Source: Acidimicrobiaceae bacterium
GTDB taxonomy: Bacteria > Actinomycetota > Acidimicrobiia > Acidimicrobiales > Ilumatobacteraceae
Length of the DNA stretch: 64,000 nucleotides
NCBI GenBank assembly: GCA_013204455.1
Contig: JABMNW010000192.1
Coordinates: forward strand, 2,682-66,681
Direction of reading: 5' to 3'
Shown here: one piece after another, positions 28,430 to 37,615 of the stretch
Position numbering within the stretch: the stretch's first letter is position 1
Layout: the number at the start of each line of letters is the position of its first letter
The notes under the pieces: generated by a model
Told to the model about the DNA's origin: nothing
Seen by the model: the letters and a program-made list of their open reading frames with translations, nothing else
Databases searched by the model: none
Program-made: the position numbers and the translations under genes

Positions 28430-29415
28430 GACGAACCAGCGAATGGTTTGATGATGTGCTTGGCAATCAGTTCTAATTGTTGAATGTCGGCAGAGAGAGT
28501 GTGCAGCATCATGTACTCCACACCCGCATCGACGCGGGCCTGGATTTTGGCCTGGATTTCATCGATGGTGCCAGGCATGTACACCTCATCGATGTACTCC
28601 CAAGGTCGCTCATCGCTGACCACGTCAGCGAATCGTGTCTGTTGCACGGCCCGCACTTCATCCGAACTGCCATTCTCCTCGATCCATGTGAAGTTTTCGT
28701 GAGCCACCGTGAACGAGCCCGTGCGGCCGCCCTCTGTTCGCGCTGCGGAGATTAATTTCAGATCTGAGGCAATCAGATGAGGCGGGCATGTCGGACGGGC
28801 GATCCAACCGTCGGCGTTTGCAATCCTGCGCAGGACATTGGGATGCATACGTGGTTTCTCGGGAGAAGTCTCATGGACCAACTGGCTGCCCCCTGCCGCC
28901 CACACCGGCGGTAAAGGATTTAGATGCGGCTCAACAGTCACACCGTCAAGGTCGTAATAGCGGCCGTGGAACTCGACGTCGGGTTCGGCGAACAGTGCCA
29001 TCGTCGCGTCAAGCACTTCGTCGGTTCTGCCGCCACGCTCAGATTTGTGAACGCCGCACGCCTCGAACTCCGGGCCGAACCAACCCGTACCGATTCCGTA
29101 GATAAAGCGATTACCGGAGAGATAGTGCAGAGTCGCAATCTCCTTGGCAAGGATCGCCGGCTGACGTACTGGCAAGATAAGAATCGACGTGCCAAGTTTT
29201 ACTGTTTCGGTCACGGCCGCCACGTGCGACAGCGTGATCAACGCATCAAGCCAACTGACCCGATAGAAACGGTGAGCTGTGATGATGTGGTCGGTGATCC
29301 ACAGCGAGTCGAAACCCAACTGCTCCGCACTGCGCGCGAAGCGGCGAACATCCTCGGGATGACTCTTCTCGCGGCCTGGGATGATGTATGAGGGCAGGAA
29401 AACGCCAAATTTCAT
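28426..29415 (-). CDS. luciferase-like (LLM class) flavin/F420-dependent oxidoreductase
   Basis: MKFGVFLP..., GFDSLWITDH and a TIM-barrel length of 329 aa. Confidence 0.8.
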   Translation of the reverse strand: MKFGVFLPSYIIPGREKSHPEDVRRFARSAEQLGFDSLWITDHIITAHRFYRVSWLDALITLSHVAAVTETVKLGTSILILPVRQPAILAKEIATLHYLSGNRFIYGIGTGWFGPEFEACGVHKSERGGRTDEVLDATMALFAEPDVEFHGRYYDLDGVTVEPHLNPLPPVWAAGGSQLVHETSPEKPRMHPNVLRRIANADGWIARPTCPPHLIASDLKLISAARTEGGRTGSFTVAHENFTWIEENGSSDEVRAVQQTRFADVVSDERPWEYIDEVYMPGTIDEIQAKIQARVDAGVEYMMLHTLSADIQQLELIAKHIIKPFAGSS

Positions 29416-30335
29416 GCGTGTGTTGCCTCGAGCAGTCCGACTTCGGCGAGCACGCCAGACAGGAACGCACGCTCTTCACCGCTGATCCCAATCAGCGGCA
29501 GGCGAACATGCGAGGACTCCAATACCCCGAGTGCGACAAGACATTCCTTAAGCCGGACGCGGTAATTACCGACCGGTTTAGCAAAAACAACATCCGCCAA
29601 ACGCTGAACTCGCCTGCCCAACACCTTGGCCTCATCGATTCGGCCGTCCTTCCAAGCCTGAATCATGTCCACCTGTTCACGGGTCATTACCGCACCAAAG
29701 CCAATAAGCGCACCAGTGGCACCCAGCATGAACGACTCAAGAATGAAATTGTCATTTCCTGTGAGCAAAGTGATCGGGCGCGGGAGATCTTCGAGGAGCC
29801 TCACCGTGTCGACAAATCGGCGAGCATCAAAGGATGCCTCCTTTATCGCAACCACTCCCTCAATCGAGGCCATCGCGCGAAGCGTTGCGGGCTCAAAGTT
29901 CAGTCCAGCGAGTGCGGGTTGAAGCTGGAACAAGATCAAAGGAAGCCCCACTTCGGCAATCGCTTCGTGGTACTTCACAGGTACCCGAACATCAAGAGGT
30001 TCGCTGAGATACGCAGGAATCGGAAAAACAAGGAAAGCGTCAGCCCCAGCCTGGGCGAACTCCTTTGCCTGCCGTACAGCGGCAGCGGTCGACGGCCCAG
30101 CAAGACCAGCCACGATCGGAATATCGGTAACTTCGTTCACGATCTGGAGCACACGAACCTTTTCCTCGTGTGTGAGGTGCGGACCTTCACCAGTGTCCAC
30201 ATTGATCGCCAAAGCAACCGGCTGTTGGTCCGCAATCCACGAGATGTACGACCTCAGCCCGCCCTCGTTGATGCTGCCGTCGGGGTGCATCGGGAGCACC
30301 GTTGCTGAAATAAGTCCCTCTAGATTCAATGTCAT
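29412..30335 (-). CDS. dihydrodipicolinate synthase/N-acetylneuraminate lyase family aldolase
   Basis: DHDPS-family pattern with the Schiff-base lysine block VVAIKEAS. AGGAG lies 7 nt upstream of the ATG. Confidence 0.8.
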   Translation of the reverse strand: MTLNLEGLISATVLPMHPDGSINEGGLRSYISWIADQQPVALAINVDTGEGPHLTHEEKVRVLQIVNEVTDIPIVAGLAGPSTAAAVRQAKEFAQAGADAFLVFPIPAYLSEPLDVRVPVKYHEAIAEVGLPLILFQLQPALAGLNFEPATLRAMASIEGVVAIKEASFDARRFVDTVRLLEDLPRPITLLTGNDNFILESFMLGATGALIGFGAVMTREQVDMIQAWKDGRIDEAKVLGRRVQRLADVVFAKPVGNYRVRLKECLVALGVLESSHVRLPLIGISGEERAFLSGVLAEVGLLEATHA

Positions 30336-30375
30336 TGCATCACTCCTTTACTTTCAGCGCATCACTCCTCGAATT

Positions 30376-30399
30376 CCTATGGCACGCGCTTGCCATAGG
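30376..30399 (-). terminator. 9-bp stem hairpin spanning the stop codon of 30377..31165
   Basis: CCTATGGCA-cgcgct-TGCCATAGG. It lies exactly at the AT-rich/GC-rich boundary. No U-tract follows. Confidence 0.3.
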
Positions 30400-31165
30400 T
30401 TACGGCGAGAGTGGTGAAGGTGTCAAGGCGTGAGTTATTTGCGGCAAAATGAATAGTCATTGCACATGACTTCGTTGAAGTGTCGACAAATTTGTTTACA
30501 ATCCCCAGCGGAAAAGAAAAGTAGCCTCCTGATTCGTAAACATGTTTACTTATGTCGCCACTAATATTTGTACTCACTTCGATAGGGCCACGAAGTACAA
30601 AACATTCTTCTGGAGAATTACGGTTTTGCCAGAGATCATGATTAATTGAGCCCTCGCCACCCCAAATCTGAACCCAACATTGTCTCAGAAGTGAAAGCGG
30701 TGTCAATCGAAAACAGAATTGAGTTTCAACTTCATTGCTCCTTGACTCTAAATAGTGTTCGCCGAAAATAACGTCTTCTGATTTAACTGGTTGATCTGAT
30801 TCGAATTTCAGAGGGGACTCATTACACATGATTGCGGTCGTATTCGCTTCTACTGAAAACTCAGAAATAAGTGAATTAGCTTTTACTTGAACAAATGAAA
30901 TTGGCTTAATTATGCGTCCATTAATTCGCACGGCACCAGACAAGACAACCAAGTCAAACGACGAAGAAAAATGGCCGACATGCTCAGAAGCGTACGTATC
31001 TCGAGATTTAACTAATCGAGTGCTGGCGCCTTGCATCGTGGTAGAAAGAATTTTTTGTTCTAACTTTCCAGTGATCCCTGGCAAAACCATGTTCCGAACT
31101 GTCAAAGATGATTCAGAAATGCCGACAAGAAGTCCACGACGGCGATCTACATGTGCGGGGTCCAT
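30377..31165 (-). CDS. hypothetical protein (possibly cupin-like)
   Basis: ORF with start chosen at MDPAHV (31165) so that it does not overlap the divergent HpcH gene. No confident family assignment. Confidence 0.45.
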   Translation of the reverse strand: MDPAHVDRRRGLLVGISESSLTVRNMVLPGITGKLEQKILSTTMQGASTRLVKSRDTYASEHVGHFSSSFDLVVLSGAVRINGRIIKPISFVQVKANSLISEFSVEANTTAIMCNESPLKFESDQPVKSEDVIFGEHYLESRSNEVETQFCFRLTPLSLLRQCWVQIWGGEGSINHDLWQNRNSPEECFVLRGPIEVSTNISGDISKHVYESGGYFSFPLGIVNKFVDTSTKSCAMTIHFAANNSRLDTFTTLAVTYGKRVP

Positions 31166-31210
31166 ACCAAAATTAACTTTCTTTAATCGTCTACTACTAC
31201 TATAAAGAAT

Positions 31211-31990
31211 ATGACATGGTCTGATATCCGCACCGCAACAGAATTCAAGAAAAAACTCGCAAATCAATCGACTGTTGTCGGTTGCTTCGTAATGGTCTCG
31301 GGCGCACAAACTGTAGAAATGTGTGGACTCGCCGGATGCGATTTTGTTTTCATTGACACAGAGCACACACCCGTAGGATGGGAGCAGATCTCTGCAATGG
31401 TTATCTCGGCTCTCTACACCGGAATGACACCGATAATTAGAACAACTTCAGGCAACCGAGAACTCGTTACTCGTGCATTTGATTCTGGCGCACGCGGAAT
31501 CATGGTTCCACAAATAAATAATCGCGAAGAAGCAGCAACAGCCGTGCGAGGTTGCTACTATCCGCCACTTGGCAATCGAGGCGTCGCAGGCACTCGAAAC
31601 TTCGGATTCGGTTTGACCATGAGTCTTGACGAATACATTCCCGCGGCAAATAAAAATGCAATCTGCATTATCCAAATTGAAAGCCGCGAGGCAGTCAATA
31701 ACGTTGAGTCAATCGCCGCCGTACCTGGCATTGACTGCTTATTTGTTGGACTATCCGACCTTTCAGTTGACCTCGGAGTGCCAGGACAAATGACGCATCC
31801 AGATGTTGAGGCGGCACTCGACAAAGTCATTGCTGCGGCTAAAGAGCACAACATTTCGGTCGGCATCCCCGTAGGCGACGGCAAGACTGCGAAGTCTTAC
31901 ATCGATCGCGGCGTTTCATTGTTTGCAACAAATGACCGTTCGATTTTCAGCACAGCAATGAGCAAATACAACTCAGATATCCGCAGTTAA
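31211..31990 (+). CDS. HpcH/HpaI-family 2-keto-3-deoxy-acid aldolase
   Basis: GCDFVFIDTEHTP motif and 259-aa TIM-barrel length. Confidence 0.8.
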   Translation: MTWSDIRTATEFKKKLANQSTVVGCFVMVSGAQTVEMCGLAGCDFVFIDTEHTPVGWEQISAMVISALYTGMTPIIRTTSGNRELVTRAFDSGARGIMVPQINNREEAATAVRGCYYPPLGNRGVAGTRNFGFGLTMSLDEYIPAANKNAICIIQIESREAVNNVESIAAVPGIDCLFVGLSDLSVDLGVPGQMTHPDVEAALDKVIAAAKEHNISVGIPVGDGKTAKSYIDRGVSLFATNDRSIFSTAMSKYNSDIRS

Positions 31991-31999
31991 TAGAAGCTC

Positions 32000-32662
32000 A
32001 TGAATTCTGCGAACCGCGAGGTTGAAATCAACTCTCGTCTCGCAAAACTAAGCTCAGCATTGGTAAGTGATGTCCTCGACGGGTTAGGGGTCAGAGAATC
32101 ATTTTGCGGTCCACAAATTCGCGAACTTTGGCAGGGTGCAAAAGTTTCCGGATTAGTAGTAACTCTGAAGTGTTATCCAACTGACCAAATAGTTGACGAT
32201 CCATATGCGGGGTTGTTCAAGTTATTTAAAATCATTCAGCCAGGCGACGTAATCGTGATCGAGGCCGGTGATCAAGTGTCAGGCGTCTGGGGCGAACTTT
32301 TAAGCGTCGCGGCCATTGCGCGCGGTGCGGTCGGTGTGATCACCGACGGATTAGTCCGTGATAAAGATCAAATCGCAGAACTTAAATTTCCGGTATTTTG
32401 CTCTGGCACATCTCCACTCGACTCGTCGGGGCGTCAAATCGCAGTTGACTTACAACAACAAGTTCGCTGTGGACAAATGTTCATAAAACCAAAAGATTGG
32501 GTCGTGGCAGATGAACTTGGGGTTGTGGTTGTACCAAACCATCTGATTGATTCAGTAATTGAGAAGGCCGAAGAAAAACAACGAGGCGAGTCAACAGTTC
32601 GTAGCGAACTTGCTGATGGACAAGACATCAGCGAGGTTTTTGCTCGCCATGGGATCTTGTAG
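32000..32662 (+). CDS. RraA-family protein (second copy)
   Basis: LSSALVSDVLDGLG and GVITDGLVRD blocks. Confidence 0.7.
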   Translation: MNSANREVEINSRLAKLSSALVSDVLDGLGVRESFCGPQIRELWQGAKVSGLVVTLKCYPTDQIVDDPYAGLFKLFKIIQPGDVIVIEAGDQVSGVWGELLSVAAIARGAVGVITDGLVRDKDQIAELKFPVFCSGTSPLDSSGRQIAVDLQQQVRCGQMFIKPKDWVVADELGVVVVPNHLIDSVIEKAEEKQRGESTVRSELADGQDISEVFARHGIL

Positions 32663-32664
32663 GA

Positions 32665-33621
32665 CTAGCGCGAAACTTCGCGACGAGTCCCTGCAATCAG
32701 TTGTTCAACTTCAGCGACTGAAGTAATAAGCTGATCACCGAAGATTCCGCGCTTTAACGCCGCCATCGCAACTCCGCGCGAAACACCAAGATCCAAGTCA
32801 TTATCGATTAATCCGCTGATCACTCCAGCAGCGAACGCATCCCCAGCGCCAACTCGATCGATAGTGTCAGTTTTTATCGACGGAGTTAATTTAACTTGGC
32901 CATTATTGAGAGATACTGCACCAACTGCGCCATCGGTCAAGACAAGTTTGTCAACTTTGAGTTTTTTGGAGAGTTCGCGTATGACTTCTTCTGATGTGCC
33001 AGTGATGCCAAAAACATCTTTCGCGTCTTCACGAGTGCATATAACAAGCGTTGCGAATTCGCACATTTTGGTCAATGTTTTGCATGCATCTAACTCAGAC
33101 CAAAGACGTGAGCGGTAGTTGATATCAATCGTCACCTTTACTCCATGAGTTTTCGCATGTGAAACTGCGGCAAGTGATAACTCCGCGCACGAAGAGCTCA
33201 GCGCCGGAGTGATGCCAGAGATATGAAATACTTTTGCAGAATCGATAATTGAAAAATCAACATTTTTTGTTGACATCTTTGAAGCCGCCGAATTTGCTCG
33301 GTCATAATGCACCATCACCGGACGTGGAGCAGCGCTTAATTCAACGAAATAGAGGCCCGTTCTAGAGTCGTCATCCCAAGTGACCCCAGATAGGTCAACC
33401 CCATGTCGCCCAATCTCTTGACTTATGCGGTCTCCGAGTGGCCCAGAAGACAACCGAGAAATCCACGATGCTGACTTTTCGATCTGATGCAAGGCAACCG
33501 CAACATTCGATTCTGCGCCGCCAACTGACACACGAAATGACTCTGCATTACTTAGACGCTCACCTGTTGGTGTCCAGATGCGAAGCATCGCTTCTCCAAG
33601 CGTGGCGACATCAATTGTCAT
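32665..33621 (-). CDS. kdgK: PfkB-family sugar kinase, 2-dehydro-3-deoxygluconokinase-like
   Basis: VGGAESNVAVAL and DRVGAGDAFAAG motifs. 4-nt overlap with the KDPG-aldolase gene. Confidence 0.7.
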   Translation of the reverse strand: MTIDVATLGEAMLRIWTPTGERLSNAESFRVSVGGAESNVAVALHQIEKSASWISRLSSGPLGDRISQEIGRHGVDLSGVTWDDDSRTGLYFVELSAAPRPVMVHYDRANSAASKMSTKNVDFSIIDSAKVFHISGITPALSSSCAELSLAAVSHAKTHGVKVTIDINYRSRLWSELDACKTLTKMCEFATLVICTREDAKDVFGITGTSEEVIRELSKKLKVDKLVLTDGAVGAVSLNNGQVKLTPSIKTDTIDRVGAGDAFAAGVISGLIDNDLDLGVSRGVAMAALKRGIFGDQLITSVAEVEQLIAGTRREVSR

Positions 33622-34283
33622 TGAATTACTTTAAAAAATTCGGCTGCAGCAGTTTTCACGGCAGCAACGTCACCAACATCTAATGCCGCTCGCGGAAATA
33701 TTGATCCGCCGACGCCAACAGCAATCGCCCCCGCGTTGAGATATTGCTTTGCATTCGTACTATCGACACCGCCGGTGGGGATCAATTTAGGATTTCGAAG
33801 TGGCGAACGTATCGCTTCTAAATAGGCTGGACCACCTAATTGTTCTGCGGGGAAAACCTTTACTGCGGTTGCGCCCAGATCTATGGCGGTCTGTATCTCA
33901 GTTGGTGTTGCCGCACCAGGAAACGTTGCCATACCAAGTTCGTGCGCGGTTCGAAGCACCGACTCTGAAATAACCGGGGCAACAATAAACCGCCCACCAA
34001 CCTCTGCAACTTTTCTGACTTCATCCGCAGTGTGGACTGTGCCTGCTCCAATAAATAGACCAGGGCATTCGCGCACGACACTTGCGATCATCTTTAACGC
34101 CTCTGGTGAATCCAAGGTTATCTCAATAAACCTAAATCCAGATTCCACTGCAGCAACTACCATTTTTAGAACATGAGCAGTTGGGCAATTTCGAAGGATT
34201 CCGATCGCGCGACAAGATTCGAGCGCAACCAAAAAATCGGTGTTCTTTCCGTAATCCAAGAGAGCAACTCCTTTTCGCCTCAA
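33618..34283 (-). CDS. eda: KDPG/KHG aldolase (Eda family)
   Basis: IEITL, GAGTV and VKVFPA (Schiff-base Lys) blocks. TTG start at 34283, or TTG at 34259. Confidence 0.8.
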   Translation of the reverse strand: MRRKGVALLDYGKNTDFLVALESCRAIGILRNCPTAHVLKMVVAAVESGFRFIEITLDSPEALKMIASVVRECPGLFIGAGTVHTADEVRKVAEVGGRFIVAPVISESVLRTAHELGMATFPGAATPTEIQTAIDLGATAVKVFPAEQLGGPAYLEAIRSPLRNPKLIPTGGVDSTNAKQYLNAGAIAVGVGGSIFPRAALDVGDVAAVKTAAAEFFKVIQ

Positions 34284-35693
34284 AAAACAAGTATAGGTAA
34301 TTTTACTATTGCTACAGCGAGTGAACTACTCATCAGAATACCTAATGCAAATCTAGAATTCGAGGGCTCACTTGACGAAATAACCAGATGCGGCGGTGAA
34401 GGTATCGCAATCTTTAACGCATTTGCATTGCCATCCGGGCCAATCGAGTTAAGTTCATTATCTCAATTAATTGGTCTGGTTCGAGAACATTTAAATCCTC
34501 AGACAAGTCTGGATGGCCTTGTTTTATGTCTGCATGGCGCAATGCTTGACGAACAGGGACATAGCGCAGACTTAGCAATTTTGCGAATGGCCAGAGAATA
34601 TCTTGAAAACTCAATTCCGATGGCGGTCTCACTAGATTTACATGCAAACATCTCGTCTGAGTTTTTAGATTTAGCTACAATTATTAGTGGTTACAAAACA
34701 AATCCCCATGTCGATCTAAACGAAACTGGACGACGAGTAGTGCAATTGCTCGCACAGGTATTGTCTGGGCAACTTAAACCAGTGATGCATCTTGAAAAGT
34801 GCCCTACAATTTTTGCTGACGAAACTCTGAACACTTCCACTGGAGTTTTTGCTGACATTCTCAAAGACTGCACCGCTAACCTGCACCCATCAATTGTCGA
34901 CGTGAGCATTTTCCCTTGCCAGCCTTGGATCGATAGCCCCGGCGTTGGTTTTGGATCCCTTTGTCTTGCAAATGGGGATAGCCAACCCGCTATCGACCTG
35001 ACAACGAATATGGTTCAAGAGGTTTGGCGGCAAAAAAAGAAATTCAAGATCACTAATTTGGCGACTCCAGAAGAAGCAATTCAGATCGCTAAAAAATCGA
35101 ACATCCGGCCGTTCATCATTGCTGAAGCGTCGGATGCTCCTACTGCTGGTGCTGCTGGAGATAGCCCCGTCATGATCGCGGCAATTTTGGATTCAGATTC
35201 TGATTTGGTTACTTATATCCCCATTACCGATGCCATAGCCGTAAATAAATGTTACGAGAGTCAGGTCGGCGCAGAAATTTCTTTAAGCCTCGGATGCACG
35301 ATTGATAATCGTTGGACTAAACCAGTTTTGCTAACTGCGACAATCAATAATTTCGGAGAAGGTAATTACAACCTTTCAGGAAGTGGCTACTACGGGATGA
35401 AAGTAAGCATGGGTAGATTTGCGGTTGTTACCTGTAACTCGATGAAAATTCTGATTACTGCATTGCCATGTTGGTCTGCAGACCCCGCAACTTGGAGCCA
35501 TGCCCAACTAAACCCAGCCGATGCTCAGTTAATCGTTGTGCGTTCTTGCTCGGACTTTCGAGCCAACTTCCCAGAAGCGAGTGCTACCGCAATTACTTTA
35601 GATGTCCTCGGCTCGACCTCAATAAAATTTACCGAACTTCCATATAAGAATTGCCGCATTGGCACCTGGCCAATCGACCCAACTATCAATTAG
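34173..35693 (+). CDS. M81-family (MlrC-like) metallopeptidase
   Basis: N-terminal ...IGVLSVIQESNSFSP, then LHGAM and LDLHAN blocks. The only canonical start upstream of the conserved N-terminus is ATG 34173. Confidence 0.7.
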   Translation: MSSWAISKDSDRATRFERNQKIGVLSVIQESNSFSPQKTSIGNFTIATASELLIRIPNANLEFEGSLDEITRCGGEGIAIFNAFALPSGPIELSSLSQLIGLVREHLNPQTSLDGLVLCLHGAMLDEQGHSADLAILRMAREYLENSIPMAVSLDLHANISSEFLDLATIISGYKTNPHVDLNETGRRVVQLLAQVLSGQLKPVMHLEKCPTIFADETLNTSTGVFADILKDCTANLHPSIVDVSIFPCQPWIDSPGVGFGSLCLANGDSQPAIDLTTNMVQEVWRQKKKFKITNLATPEEAIQIAKKSNIRPFIIAEASDAPTAGAAGDSPVMIAAILDSDSDLVTYIPITDAIAVNKCYESQVGAEISLSLGCTIDNRWTKPVLLTATINNFGEGNYNLSGSGYYGMKVSMGRFAVVTCNSMKILITALPCWSADPATWSHAQLNPADAQLIVVRSCSDFRANFPEASATAITLDVLGSTSIKFTELPYKNCRIGTWPIDPTIN

Positions 35694-36508
35694 ACGGCAA
35701 CTCCGAAATTATTTTTATTTGCTGATGGATACTCTGAAATAAATCTATTTGCCGAGATGGCATTAAAGGAATTTGCAAACGGAATTGTCCTAACTATCAC
35801 GCGATTATTCTTACAAGGCTGGCCTTGTACAACATGTAAAATTGTTTCATTGTTCTCTCGAACTAAAACATAACTGTAAACAGTGTGGTGTAACGCATGA
35901 TTACACACTCCAGTATTTCCATTGTCATGCGACCTCAAAAGAGTAAAAACATCATCTACGGATTTCACATCACGAAGACGTTTAGTTGCGGAGTCGAATC
36001 TTGGAATTGTTGTAATTTTGTCTTCCTGCAGATCATGTTCGCCGAGATTTACATGGTGATTGGTGCGAGCATTTGCGCCAGTTAGCGACACTGCCACTGC
36101 CTGAGTTCCACGGATCTCAATTGACGCCGCAGAATTGGCATCAATCAACACCATATTTCCCCAAGAAGTTGGTTTCTTCGCGACGGCTTCCTGCACCGCA
36201 TCAATTGCCGAGGCGACATCGGTCCCTTGACGCAGTGCTACCTCGACCATGATGTCGTAGTTGACGTGCTCATCTAATGTGACGACGTTCGAATCGCAGC
36301 AAAGTAAACCACTGCTATTGGCTCCAACTGAAAACCCAGAAAATTGGTCCAAGCTCGGATCTTCGCCAGCCCAAGATGTGGTTCCACATACTCCAAAAAC
36401 GTCACGCTCTAGAACGACTCGATCATCAAAGTGCGAGCGCCCAAAATCCTTATTTTTGAATAATACGTAACCTCCGGTTGACAATCGAATCATCCCAGTT
36501 GTACACAC
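35690..36508 (-). CDS. putative Ntn-hydrolase (choloylglycine-hydrolase/C45-like) with N-terminal Cys
   Basis: It begins MCTTGMIRL...FKNKDF, resembling the Met-Cys nucleophile start and the (G)RN(x)D block of linear-amide C-N hydrolases. Motif-level evidence only. Confidence 0.45.
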   Translation of the reverse strand: MCTTGMIRLSTGGYVLFKNKDFGRSHFDDRVVLERDVFGVCGTTSWAGEDPSLDQFSGFSVGANSSGLLCCDSNVVTLDEHVNYDIMVEVALRQGTDVASAIDAVQEAVAKKPTSWGNMVLIDANSAASIEIRGTQAVAVSLTGANARTNHHVNLGEHDLQEDKITTIPRFDSATKRLRDVKSVDDVFTLLRSHDNGNTGVCNHALHHTVYSYVLVRENNETILHVVQGQPCKNNRVIVRTIPFANSFNAISANRFISEYPSANKNNFGVAV

Positions 36509-36558
36509 GAAGTACCTCGCTTTGATTACTACTGAATCTTAGGATATTATATTCTTCA

Positions 36559-37569
36559 ATGCGACAAATAATCATGCGCAATATAAACGAGGATTTATCC
36601 GGGTCGCTTGTTGAACTCAGCGAAGCCACGACTCCGCAAGTAGTTAATCCGTTTGACGTTCGAGTCAAAATTGCTGCATCAGGAGTTTGCCGCACGGATC
36701 TGCACATTATTGGTGGATTATTGCCAGTCGGGATCCCCCATGTGCTCGGTCACGAAAATGCAGGCACCGTTGACGAAGTTGGATCAATGGTCACTACTGT
36801 CAAAAAAGGTGACCAAGTAATATGTTTTCCATTTATCAGCAACGGACTAAGCACAACTGAACGAAAAGGACTTGACTCGAACGCTCCAAATCGAATCACA
36901 CCTGGGATCAATGCCCCCGGTGGATATGCCGAATTCTTATTAACAAATGAGCGAGCGATGATCAAAGTTCCTGAAACTGCCAACCTCTGCGAACTAGCGA
37001 CGCTCACCGATGCAGGGCTTGCTGCTTATCGGGCATGTAAACGTGCATCAAAACTCTTGGGGGTTGGAGACACAGCGATCATCATTGGTATCGGAGGACT
37101 TGGCCACCTTGCGGTTCAAATTTTGCGAACAATTTCGCCCGCAATTATTGTTGCAGTTGATAACAAGTTAGAAGCATTGGCAATGGCCTCATCGTTTGGA
37201 ATTAGCACAACTTGTCTTGCCCAGGATTTAACCGAAACATTCCGCGGTCAAGCCACCGTAGTGCTCGACTTCGTCGGCACAAATTCAACTTCCGCTGCTG
37301 CCCTCGAGTGTCTTGCATTTGGAGGAACATATCTCGTCATCGGCGCTGAAGGTTCAGTAACCACAACCATGCTGGATTTGATCGAAAACGAAAAACACAT
37401 CGAGGGAATTTACGTTGGCACCTACTCTGAGTTGCAAGAAGTTACACACCTTGCCCTCTCAGGACGAGTACGACCCCACATCCAAAAGTACGATCTTGAG
37501 GACGCCAATCAGGCACTTCACGACCTATTAAATGGCAAAATCAGTGGGCGTGCTGTCCTAATTCCTTAA
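36559..37569 (+). CDS. zinc-binding medium-chain alcohol dehydrogenase family protein
   Basis: GVCRTDLH, GHENAG and GIGGLGH nucleotide motif. Alternative start at ATG 36574. Confidence 0.85.
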   Translation: MRQIIMRNINEDLSGSLVELSEATTPQVVNPFDVRVKIAASGVCRTDLHIIGGLLPVGIPHVLGHENAGTVDEVGSMVTTVKKGDQVICFPFISNGLSTTERKGLDSNAPNRITPGINAPGGYAEFLLTNERAMIKVPETANLCELATLTDAGLAAYRACKRASKLLGVGDTAIIIGIGGLGHLAVQILRTISPAIIVAVDNKLEALAMASSFGISTTCLAQDLTETFRGQATVVLDFVGTNSTSAAALECLAFGGTYLVIGAEGSVTTTMLDLIENEKHIEGIYVGTYSELQEVTHLALSGRVRPHIQKYDLEDANQALHDLLNGKISGRAVLIP

Positions 37570-37615
37570 TCCTTCGTTTTGATTAAATAATATATCTTTG
37601 CTAGATTCTTGGACC

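Larger units (their letters stand above)
25702..30335 (-). other. GC-rich five-gene operon embedded in AT-richer DNA (candidate horizontally acquired block)
   Basis: Spot counts on single 60-nt lines give about 55-67% G+C inside (lines 25801, 26401, 27001, 28801, 30001) versus about 42-45% just outside (lines 25201, 30601). All four internal gene junctions are 4-nt overlaps. Confidence 0.6.

Noticed and set aside
26776-30308. Very long ORFs antisense to or overlapping the GC-rich operon, for example 29388..30308 (306 aa), 26979..27590, 26776..27378 and 28924..29391.
   Set aside because: Stop codons are depleted in all frames of GC-rich coding DNA. The translations are Arg/Pro/Ser-rich and low-complexity, and the opposite-strand genes have clear family motifs.
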